DNA of 64,000 bases from contig OZ244720.1 in NCBI GenBank assembly GCA_965219085.1, positions 576,001-640,000 on the forward strand. The letters run 5' to 3'. Shown here piece after piece: positions 29,803 through 41,800 of the stretch. The DNA is from Dehalococcoidia bacterium (GTDB lineage Bacteria > Chloroflexota > Dehalococcoidia > UBA2979). Each line of letters starts with the position of its first letter. Positions within the stretch are counted from its first letter, which is position 1. Made by a program: the position numbers and the translations under genes. The notes under the pieces are model-generated. The model saw nothing but the letters and a program-made list of their open reading frames with translations, was not told where the DNA came from and did no database searches.

Positions 29803-32800
29803 ATGGCGCGCACCCGTAAGCACCAGCTTCCCGTCCTGCTCGCCGCCCTCGCCCTGTGCGGCCTCGTGCTGGCCCTGTCCCCGTCTGGCGCGCCGCGGGT
29901 CGGCGCGCAGCAAGACTCCGTCCCCGCGCGGCCGACCGGCCTGACGGTCACCGCGGTCACGCACGACTCGGTCAGCCTCGGCTGGCACGATCCCGGGGAC
30001 GCGGGCATCACGCACTACCAGGTGCTGCGGCGCGACCGCGACCGGGACGCGCTGGGCGCGTTCACCACGATCGAGGAGAGCACCGGCTCGCCGGCGACGA
30101 GCTACACGGACACGACGGTGGCGCCGGACCGGCGCTACGCCTACCGCGTCCAGGCGGTCAACCGGCACGGCGTCAGCCAGCGGTCGAGCTTCGCCGCGTC
30201 AGACACGCCAGCGGCGCCCGCGCCCTACCTGGAGGCGGACCCGCTGACGGCGGGGTGGGAGGAAGACCCAGGAGGCCACAACGGAGTCGATGCCTTCACC
30301 TTCCGCATTGCCTTCAGCGAGGATATTTCCCTGAGCGCCGAGACCTTCCGGGAACACTCCCTGGAAGTGATCAAGGGGTCGGTGAACGCCGGCGGGGCCA
30401 GCCCCGAGTCCAACACGGTCGAAGTAACAACAGAGTCGCCGGTGGACATCTGCGACCGCACCACACAGGTCCGGGACGGCCTACTGGGCGTCGGCGAGGT
30501 CACGACCACCGACTGCGCGCTCGTCGACGCGGACGAGCTGGCGACGGTCGCGACCCTGGACCTGACAGCTGAGAGGATCTTCTCGTTGGATGCCGGTGAC
30601 TTCGCCGGTCTGAGCGGCCTGACGAACCTGGTACTGGAGGTCAATCGGCTGGAAGCGCTGCCCGCGGGCGTGTTCGACCCGCTGACCAACCTGACCTGGC
30701 TGGACCTCTGCATCAACTATCTGCGGTCGCTGCCCGTGGGCGTGTTCGACCAGCTGACCAAGCTGACGAATTTGGATCTGTACTTCATCATGAATCTGAC
30801 CACCCTGCCGGCGGGTGTGTTCGACAAGCTGACCAACCTGGAGACGCTGGACCTGTACAGCAATCCTGATCTGAGCTCCCTGCCGGACGGCGTGTTCGAC
30901 AAGCTGACCAAGCTCACGACCCTGAACCTGAGCCGCAACCCTCAACTCTCCTCCCTGCCGGACGGCGTGTTCGACAAGCTGACCAAGCTCACGACCCTGA
31001 ACCTGAGGCAAAACTACCGACTCTCCCCTCTGCCGGCGGGCCTGTTCGACCAGCTGACCAGCTTGGAGACGCTGGACCTGAGGAGCAACCCCGAACGACT
31101 CCTCTACTCGCCCTACCTGTTGGCCCCCCTGACGAGTCTGGACACGCTGAACGATAAGACGTACACCCGCCCGTCCGCCCCCGCCGCCCCCACCGAGCTG
31201 ACGGGCGCCTACGCGTCGGGACAGATCGAACTCAGCTGGACGGCCCCGAGCGGCGGCGGCAAAGCCACCAGCTACCAGATCCTGCGCCAGGTGGGCAGCG
31301 GCCCCGAGGAGGTGTACGTCGAGGACACCTACAACACGAACAGGGCTGCGATAACCTACGCCGACACCGAGGTCGTCCTCGGGGAGACGTACCGCTACCG
31401 GGTGCGGGCGCTGAACGCCGGCGGGGCCGGCGCCGAGTCCGGCACGGCCGAAGTCACAGCGCGGGACAACCAACCGCCGGACGTCACCCTCAACTCCCCG
31501 CCAGGGCCAGTGCGCGGAGGCCAGACGCTGACGCTGACCGCCACCGCGTCCGATCCCGAGGGCGACATGCTCACCTACGCCTGGAGCAGCGATCCACCGT
31601 TGGGGAGCTTCAGCAACGCCGCCACCCTGAGCACGACCTGGACTGCGCCGACGGCCACCTCTCAGGGACAGCGGACCGACCTGACGCTCACGGTCACCGA
31701 CGACGGCGACCCCGTGGCCATGACGACGGTCAGCCGCAACGTCCTGGTGAAGAGGAACGGCGCGCCGGAGGTCAGCGTTTCGCCGACCGACATCACTGTC
31801 CGCGGTGGGGAAACGGTGACGCTGGACGGCACGGCGACCGACCCCGAGGACGACGCCCTGATCTACGTCTGGGTCAGCTCCCCCGCCACAGGCGCCTTCG
31901 CCAACTCCGCGGCCCTGGACACGACTTGGACCGCACCGGCGGCCACCGACGCCGAGCAGTTCATCGACCTCGTTCTGCTAGCCACCGAGGACAGAGCCGG
32001 TGGCCTCTTTGCCGACGCTCCCGTCCACGTCACGGTGCTGCCGGCCATCGCGTGGAGCGTGACGGCCGATCCGGGAACGATCCCGGAGGATGGGGGCGTC
32101 TCCACGGTGACGGTGAGCAGCGGCGGTCACACCTTCTCGGAGCCCCAGACGATCACGCTCGTCCTGGCCGGCACGGCGACGAAGGCCACGGACTACAGCG
32201 TGGCCGGGGAGACGCTGACGCTCCCCGCGGCGGCGACCTCGGTCACGACCACGATCACGGCGGTGAGCGACAGCGTGAGCGAGGGCTCCGAGACGGTTCA
32301 GGTCACAGCCAGATTCGGCGGGGAGGACGTGGGCGAGACGGCGACGATCACGATCGCCGAGGGCACGACCCTCACGCTCGAGGTCGACCCGGCGGCCATC
32401 GCGGAGGCTGGGGGAGCCTCGACCGTCACGGTGAGCACGATCGGCGGCACGTTCGCGGCCGATCAGACCATCACGCTCGTCCTGACCGGGTCGGCGACGA
32501 AGGCCACGGACTACATCGTGGCCGCGGAGACGCTGACCCTCGTGGCGGGCACAACTTCCGTCGCCACCACCATCACCGCGGTGGACGACGTGCTTGACGA
32601 CAACGCCGAGACCATCGTCGTCACCGCCCGCCACGACGGGAGCGACGTGGGCCCTGCAACGATCACGATCAGCGACGACGACGTGCCCGTCGACATCGTC
32701 TGGGAGTCCGCGCCAAACGCCCTGGAAGGCGCGGGCGAGCTGAAGGCCACGCTGACGGCGACGGCGGCGGAGCCTCGGGCGCCAGCGGCGGGGTTTGACC

Positions 32801-35800
32801 TGCAGGTGTCCACGGCGCCGGGCAGCGCGCAGTCTCCAGACGACTATGCGGCGATCATGATGCAGACGCTGACCTTCGCGGCGAACGATTTCCAGCTCGT
32901 TGCGCAGGCCGGTGCGGGTGGCGGGGGCATCACTTCGCAGGCGCCCGCCTTCGTGGCGACGAAGGAGGTTGTCGTCACACTGGCGACCGACCTCATCGTG
33001 GAGGCGGACGAGACCTTCGAGGTGCAGGTTGACTTGGCGCTCGGTACGTCGGCGCTGGTGACGCTGGATGGCGGTCGTTCCGGGATCAGTGAGACCGCCA
33101 CGATTCTCGACGACGACACTGCTGCGTTCAGCCTGTCGGCGTCTCCGATGACGATCGCGGAGACGGGCGGGACCTCGACGGTGACGGTGACGACCAGCAA
33201 GGCGTTCTCGACCGGCCAGACGGTCGAGCTCCAGGTTGGGAATTTCGGAGCGGCGCCGGCAACGGAGGGGACGGACTTCACGATTTCGCCGAAGACGCTG
33301 CCGCTGGCGGCGGGGCAGAAAACGGTGACGGCCACCGTTTCCGCGCTGGACGACAGCGAGACGGAAGGCGACGAGAAAGTCCGGGTGAGGGTGGGGCACA
33401 ACGGGAACGTCCAGCCCGCGGCGGTGGTAATCACGATCAGCGACGACGACTCCGCGGGAATCCGGGTGTCGTCGATGGCGCTTGCGGTGCCGGAGGGCAG
33501 TTCCAGCAGCTATACGGTGCGGCTCAACACCCAGCCGACGGGGACCGTGACGGTGGCGATCACCGGACAGGCGGGCACGGATCTGTCAGTGTCGCCGGCG
33601 AGCCTGACCTTCACGACGGCCACGTGGGAAGAGGAGCGGACGGTCACGGTCACGGCGGCGCAGGATCCGGACGCGGCGCCGGACGCGGCTGTGACGCTCA
33701 CGCACGCGGCGACCGGCGGCGGGTATGAGTCGGTGCCGGATGTTGATGTCACGGTGACGATCGCGGAAGACGAAGCGGCGGCCATCGTGGTGTCGTCGAT
33801 GGCGCTGACGGTCGAGGAGGGGGAAACCGAGACGTACACGGTGCGTTTGCAGACGCCGCCGAGCGTCACGGTGGCTGTGATCGTGACCTCTTCGGACACG
33901 GAGGTAACGGCAACGCCCCAATCCCTGGTGTTCACGAGTGCCAACTGGAGCCTGGACCGGACGGTCACGGTGGAGGCCTTGGATGACGAGGACGCGGAAG
34001 CGGACCCGCCGGTGACGCTGACCCACACGGCGACCGGCGGGGAGTACGCGTCGGTGGCGGCCACGGTGTCGGTCACGGTGACCGACGACGAGATAACAAC
34101 GGGGCCGCTGCTGGACATCTGCGAGCGCACCACACAGGTCCGCGACGGCATACTGGGCGCCGACGAGGTCACCGCCACCGACTGCGCGCTCGTCGACGCG
34201 GACGAACTGGCGACGGTCGCGATCCTGGACCTGGAAGCTCAGATGATCACCGCGTTGGATGCCGGTGACTTCGCCGGTCTGACCGGCCTGACGAACCTGG
34301 TACTGGAGGACAATCAGCTGCAAGCGCTGCCCGCGGGCGTGTTCGACCCGCTGACCAGCCTGACATGGCTGGACCTCTGCATCAACGATCTGCGGTCGCT
34401 GCCCGCGGGCGTGTTCGACCAGCTGACCAACCTGACGGATTTGGATCTGTACTTCACCATCAATCTGACCACCCTGCCGGCGGGGGTGTTCGACAAGCTG
34501 ACCAACCTGGAGACGCTGGACCTGTACGGCAATCTCGATCTGGCCTCCCTGCCGGACGGCGTGTTCGACCAGCTGACCAACCTCGCGACCCTGAACCTGA
34601 GACGCAACCCTCAACTCTCCTCCCTGCCGGACGGCGTGTTCGACAAGCTGACCAGCCTCACGACCCTGGACCTGAGCCACAACCACCGACTGTCCCCCCT
34701 GCCGGGGGGCCTGTTCGACTCGCTGACCAGCCTGATTTCGCTGGACCTGCGGAGCCACTTTGCACCACTCTTGTACTCGCCCTACCTGCTGGCCCCCCTG
34801 ACGAGTCTGGACACGCTGGACGATCAGACGTACAGCCGCCCGTCCGCCCCCGGTGTCCCCACCGGGCTGACGGGCGCCTACACGACCGCACAGATCGAAC
34901 TCAGCTGGACGGCCCCGAGCGGCGGCGCCGCAGCCACCAGCTACCAGATCCTGCGCCAGGTGGGCAGCGGCCCGGAGGAGGTATACGTCGAGGACACCTA
35001 CAACACGAACGGGGCGGCGGTGACCTACGCCGACACCGAGGTGATCCTCAATGAGACGTACCGCTACCGGGTGCGGGCGCTGAACGCCGGCGGGGCCGGC
35101 GCCGAGTCGCAGCCGGTCGAGCTGACCACCGCGCTGGATCTGTCCGGGCCCGCAACCGTCACGTACCCAGAGAACCGGGCCGTTCGCGTCGCCACGTACA
35201 CCGCCACCGGACCCACCGGCCCGGCGTGGTCGTTGTCGGGTGCGGACAGCGACAAGTTCTCCCTGGAGGACGGCGTCCTGCGGTTCCTCCTGCCGCCAGA
35301 GCCGCTACCCGACTACGAATCCCCCTCCGACGCAGACGGGGACAACGTGTACACGGTGACGGTCGCGATTACGGCGGGCGCCGACACGGCCTCCACGGAC
35401 GTCGCCGTCAGCGTCACGAACGCGGACGAGGGGGGCGCGGTGACGCTCTCCACGCTCCGGCCCAGCACCGGCACGGCCGTCACCGCCGCCGTGAGCGATC
35501 CCGACGTGGTCACCGCCGGGACCGTCAGTTGGCAGTGGGAGCGGTTCCGGGGATTGAGCGACTGGACCGCCATCGACGGGGCCACATCGGCCGGCTACAC
35601 GCCAACGGCCGCCGACTCCGGCTACTACCTGCGCGCGACGGCCTCCTACACCGACGGCGAAGGCGCGGGCAAGAGCGCCCAAGCGATGACCACCTCCCCG
35701 CCTCTCTCCCACGAGTTGAGCAGCCTGGCCGCCAGCAACTCCGCGGGCGGCATGTACCCCGTGTTCGACCCGCCGACGCTCCACTACGCCGTCTCATGCG

Positions 35801-38800
35801 CCGCTTCGGACATCGTCACGCTGTCGCTGTCGCCGAAGGACGCGGGCGCGCGGGTGGCGGTCAACGGGATCCAGCGAGATACCGCGAACGACGTCGTGCT
35901 GACGGAGGTGGACCCCGACAGCGACATCCTGATCACGCTCAGCGGCAGCGACGGCGCGTTCACCACCTACGTCGTGCACTGCATCCCCGACGACTATCCG
36001 ACGATCGAGGTGACGGAAAGGAAGGCCGGAGCGTGGGACGGCCTGATCCTGGGCGGCGCGACCATGGGGGACAGGGATGCCCCCAACCGCTGGAGCGCGC
36101 TGCTCCTGTTCGACACGAACGGAGTCCCGCGCTTCCACCGCCGGCTCGGCGACTTCGGCGTGAACCATTTGAAGCCGACCGGTGGTGGGCTGTATCCGTT
36201 CGGATATGCCCACGGCAGCCCCCCGGGCAGCCCCCCGGGCGGCCGCGTGAGCCTCATGGACCACGACCTTGCAGTCGCCAGCTTCATCGGCGTCCCTGCC
36301 TCTGCGGATGCGGACGAATACATCGACGCACATGACTTCGCGCACAAGGCGAACGGCAATACCGTCATCGTCACGGACGACCCTACGACGCGCGACCTGA
36401 GCGCCTTCAAGGATGTTGACGGCAATCCGCTGGGTACGGCGGAGGAGGTGGAGGACAACATCATTCGCGAACTCGCGCCAAGCGGGGCGACGTTGTTTAC
36501 CTGGAACTCCTGGGACCACGTCGAACTTGGCGACTGCGCCCAGCACAACTTCCCCGGCGAATACGCCTGGTTCAACTCGATCGAGGTGGTGGATGGCAAC
36601 TATCTCGTCTCGCTCAAGGGCTGTTCAAAGATCGTGCTGATCGACGGCGCCAGCGGGGAGATGATCTGGAGGCTGGGCAAGACCAACCTGACGGACCAGG
36701 AGTGGATCGACAACGGCCGCACACCGCCGCTGAAGATCGTCGGCGACACCTATGGAGAGTTCTGCGGGCAGCACTCGGCGAAGATCCTCGACAACGGCCA
36801 TCTCGTCCTCTACGACAACGGCAACGTGTGTGTCCGGGATCCCGAGACCGGGCAGCGGACGCGCCAGAACGACCAGTTCAGCAGGGTCGTGGAGTACGCG
36901 CTCGATCCCGAGCAGGGTGAGGCGGTCTTCGTGCGCCACCACTCGTTCAAGAACGGGTTCGATATGTTCACCTCGGCGACCGGCCTGGTGGCGCCGATCG
37001 ACAACGGCAACTGGTTGATCAGTTGGGGCCGTGCGTCCGACGCGCTCGCCACCGAAACGATCTCCGAGGTGAATCCCGCCACCGACGAAGAGTTACTGCA
37101 CATCCGTATTGAGGATGGCTCTGGACGTCGCCACGCGACCCGCTCCTACCCGCTGCGGGCCGATCAGGTCGGCGCCCTGAGCGCCGTCGAGCCGCTGGCT
37201 GCCGACTTCCCCTCGAGCGCATCGAGCTCCGTCGTCCATCTCGGGCCGACGGACAGGCCGACGGTGGTCGTCGCGTTCAATCAACCAGTGGTGGATCCCA
37301 CCTCCGCCGCGGGCTGGATCAGCGTCCAGGGGGCGACGATCGAGAGCGTGAGCCCTCACATCATCTCCGGCGAAGCGGCGAACGCTCATCTCATCACTCT
37401 CATTCCCGCCGGCGACGAGCCCATTACCTTGAGCCTGATCGCAAGTCACGCCTGCGCCATGGGGGGCATTTGCACGGCGGACGGAATGCCGCTGTCGGCG
37501 ACGGTCAGCGTCACGGTGCGCTTCAACCACGCGCCGACCGTCTCCGCCACGGCCACACCAGCCACCGTCAACGGCGGCGGCGCCGTGACCCTCGATGGCA
37601 CGGCGAGCGACCCCGACCCCGGCGACACGCTCACCCACGCCTGGACCAGCGACGGCGGCGGGAGCTTCGACGATGCCTCGACCCTTGACGCCACCTGGAC
37701 CGCGCCGGCGGCCACCGGCGCCGACCAGATCGTCACCCTCACCCTCACGGTGACCGATACCGCCGGCGTCTCGGCGGAAATCTCCAAGAGCGTCACGGTG
37801 CGGGCCAACCAGGCGCCGGCCGTCTCGGTCTCCACCACCCCGTTGACTGTCGGCGGTCTCGAGGCGATCACGCTGACCGGCTCGGCGAGCGACCCCGAGC
37901 ATGATGCGCTCACCTACGCCTGGACCAGCGACGGCGGCGGAACCTTCGCCACCCCCGCGGCCCTCGTGACCACCTGGACGGCCCCGGCGAAGACCAACGC
38001 CGACCAGAACATCGTCCTCACCCTGGCCGTCACCGACAGCGGCGCCGGGGCGCTCACCGGCGTGGCCACGGTCAGCGTCACCGTGCGGGCCAACCTGGCC
38101 CCCACCGCTTCGGCGACCCCCCTCATGACCACCATCAACGGTGGCGGGCTGGTTTCGCTGACTGGCGTCGCGAACGACCTCGACCAAGACGCGCTCACCT
38201 ACGAGTGGACCAGCGACGGCGGCGGCAGCTTCAACGACCCCTCCGCTCTCATCGCGACCTGGACGGCGCCGCCGGCTACCACTGTCGATCAGCGCATCAC
38301 GCTCACGCTCACGGTGACCGACGCCGTCTCGGCCGCGGCCACGGCTCAGGTCAGCGTCACGGTGCGCGCCAACCAAGCGCCGATCGTCTCGGTTTCTCCC
38401 CCCAGCGTCACCGTGGACGGAGGCGGCACGGTCACGCTCGGCGGGACATCAAGCGATCCTGAGGGTGACACCCTCACCTACGCCTGGACCAGCGACGGCG
38501 GCGGAACCTTCACCACCCCCTCGGCCCTCCTCACTACCTGGACGGCCCCGGCGAAGACCAACGCCGACCAGAGCATCGTCCTCACCCTGACCGTTGCCGA
38601 CAACGGCGCCGGGGCGCTCACCAGCATGGCCACGGTCAGCGTCACGGTGCGCGCCAATCAGGCGCCGACGGTCACGGTTTCGCCTCCAACCGCCACCGTG
38701 GACGGAGGCGGCACGGTCACGCTCGGCGGGACATCAAGCGATCCTGAGGGTGACACCCTCACCTACGCCTGGACCAGCAACGGCGGCGGGAGCTTCGACA

Positions 38801-41800
38801 ATGCCTCGGTCCCCGACGCCACCTGGACCGCGCCTGACGCCACCAGTTCCGACCAGTCGATCGTCCTGACCCTCACCGTCACCGAGTCTGGCGCCGAGGC
38901 CGGCGCCCTCGCGGACACGGCAACGGTCAGCGTCACGGTGCGGGCCAACCAGGCGCCGACGGTCACGGTTTCGCCTCCAACCGCCACCGTCAACGGAGGT
39001 GACGTGCTGAGCCTCGATGGCACGGCGACCGATCCTGAGGGCCACACGCTCACCCACGCCTGGACCAGCGACGGCGGCGGGAGCTTCGACAATGCCTCGG
39101 TCCCCGACGCCACCTGGACCGCGCCGGCGGCCACGGGTAGCGACCAGAGGATCACACTCACGCTCACCGTCACTGACGACGGCGCCGGCACGCTGGAGGG
39201 CACGGCCACGGTCAGCGTCACGGTGTCGGCGCTCGGGAGCACCGCACCGACCGCCTCGGCATCCGGCATGCCAACCACTGTGCACGGTCGCGGCGTCGTG
39301 ACGCTGACCGGTACCGCGAACGACCCGCTGGGCGACACGCTCAGCTACGCCTGGAGCAGCGACGGCGGTGGGAGCTTCGACGACGCCGCGGCCCTGAGTA
39401 CGACCTGGACCGCGCCGGCGGCTGCAAGTTCCGGCCGGAGTATCACGCTCTCGCTGATGGTGACCAATACCGCCGGCGAGTCGACCACGGCGACCGTCGG
39501 CGTCAGAGTGCTGGCCAACCAGGCGCCGACCGTCTCGGTCTCCCCCGAGAGCGTCACCGTGGACGGGGGCGACACGGTGAGGTTTGATATTACGGCGTTC
39601 GACCCCGAGGGCGACACGCTCACGTACAAGTGGAGCACCGACGGCGGCGGCACTTTCGTCTGGGGAACCTTCACCTATGCCACGTGGACCGCGCCTCCGA
39701 AGACCGACGCCGTCCAGCACATCGTCCTCACCCTGATCGTCACCGACAGCGACGCCGGGGCGCTCACCGGCATGGCCACGGTCAGCGTCACCGTGCGGGC
39801 CAACCTGCCCCCGACCGCCTCGGTCAGCGCGACGCCAACCACCGTGCACGGAGGGGGCGTGGTCACGCTGGACGGGACGGCAAGCGACCCCGATGGCGGC
39901 GCCCTGACTTACGAGTGGACCGGCCCCGGCGGAGGAAGCTTCGGCGACGCCGCGGCCCTGGACACCACCTGGACCGCTCCCAAGGCCACCAGCGCCGACC
40001 AGAACATCACGCTCTTCCTCACGGTGACCGACACCGCCTCGGCTACGACGACGTTCGGCGTTAGCGTGCGATCGGAACGCGACGCCGCTGGTGTCGGCTG
40101 GGTCGCCTTCGCCACGGCGGAGGACACGGTCAGCATCACGGTGCGGGCCAACCAGCCGCCTGAGGTCTCGGTTTCCCCCGCCACAGCCGCCGTGGACGGG
40201 GATGGTGAGCTGGCGCTGACCGGGACGGCGACCGACCCGGAGGGCGATGACCTGACCTACGCCTGGAGCAGCGACGGCTGGGGGAGCTTCGACGACGATG
40301 CCGCCCTGAGCCCGACCTGGACCGCGCCGCCGGCCGAGGATGACCCCCGCACCATCACCCTGACGCTCAGGGTGACCGACAACGGCATTGGCGCACTCAC
40401 CGGCATGGCGACGGTCGAGGTCACGGTGGGGCAACCGGTCACGCCGCCCACCGGGCCCGGCGGCGGTGGGGGCGGCGGTGGTGGTGGCCCGTCGGGGCCC
40501 TCGCCGAGCGAGCTGGACTTCGAGTGGAACGTGAAGCGCGACCTCGAAGCGCTGGACGGCGGCCACGACACGCCTACCGGCTCCTGGTCCGACGGCACGG
40601 TCCTCTGGATCGCCGAGAACGGCCCGGGCGCCGGCGACGCCGTCTACGCCTACGACCTCCAGACCGGCGAACGGGTGGAGGAGCGCGAGTTCGAACTCGA
40701 CGAGCGCAACCGCGCGCCGCGCGGCGTCTGGTCCGGCGGCACGGTCATCTGGGTCTCCGACAGCGGCCAGGACCGCCTCTTCGCCCATGACCTCGAGACG
40801 GGCGAGCGCCTGCCGGAGCGCGACCTCGAGCTCGGCGAGCGCAACGGCGACGCCCGCGGGATCTGGTCCGATGGTGAGACGATGTGGGTGCTCGATGGCG
40901 GCAAGGACCGCCTCTTCGCCTACGACCTCGGGAGCGGCGAACTGGTGGCCGAATACGCCCTCGACGACGCCAACGGCGACCCCCACGGGATCTGGTCCGA
41001 CGGCGTCACGATCTGGGTCTCGGACCACGGCGCGAAGCGGCTCCTCGCCTACCGCCTCGAGGGTGAGGCGCTCGTACGCAACAGCGAGGAGGAGTTCACG
41101 GAGCTGAGCAAGGCCTCCAACAACAGCCCGCGCGGCATCTGGTCGGACGGCGAGGTGATCTACGTCGCCGACGAGAGCGACGACAAGGTCTACAGCTACA
41201 ACATGCCCGACGCGATCGACGCCCGGCTGGCCGCGCTGACCCTGAGCGGCATCGAGATCGGGGAGTTCACGGGGGACCGCACGGAGTACGAGGGCGTCGC
41301 CGCCGAGGGCGTGACGGAGACGACCGTCGAGGCCGCTACGGTGCAGCGCCGCACGACCGTCCTCATCGAGCCGGCCGACGCCGACGGCGACGACACGAAC
41401 GGCCACCAGCTGGCGCTGGAGGGCATCGACGCGATCACCGTCACCGTGACCTCGGCGGACGGCAGCCGCACGCGCGTCTACCGCGTGCGGCTGGAAGGCG
41501 GCGCGGCGCAGGAAGCGCCCTGGACGCACTGCTTGCGCGGCGACGTCGCTGAGGGCTTCAGCCTCGTCGTCTATGAGGGCGGCGGTGTCGAGGACCTGGT
41601 CACCTGTGCGGAGAGCCGTGATGTCGTGGCCCTCTACGCGCTGCACGGCGGCGTCTACGTCTCGTACATCCTCGGAGCGCCGGGATTCGTGAACCAACCG
41701 TTCGTCGAGCTGTTCGCCGATGGCGTCCCCCCGGTCACGCCGCTGGTCGCTGGGAGCAGCGGACCGCCATCAGCGGACCCGAACCAAGGCGACGGCGCCC

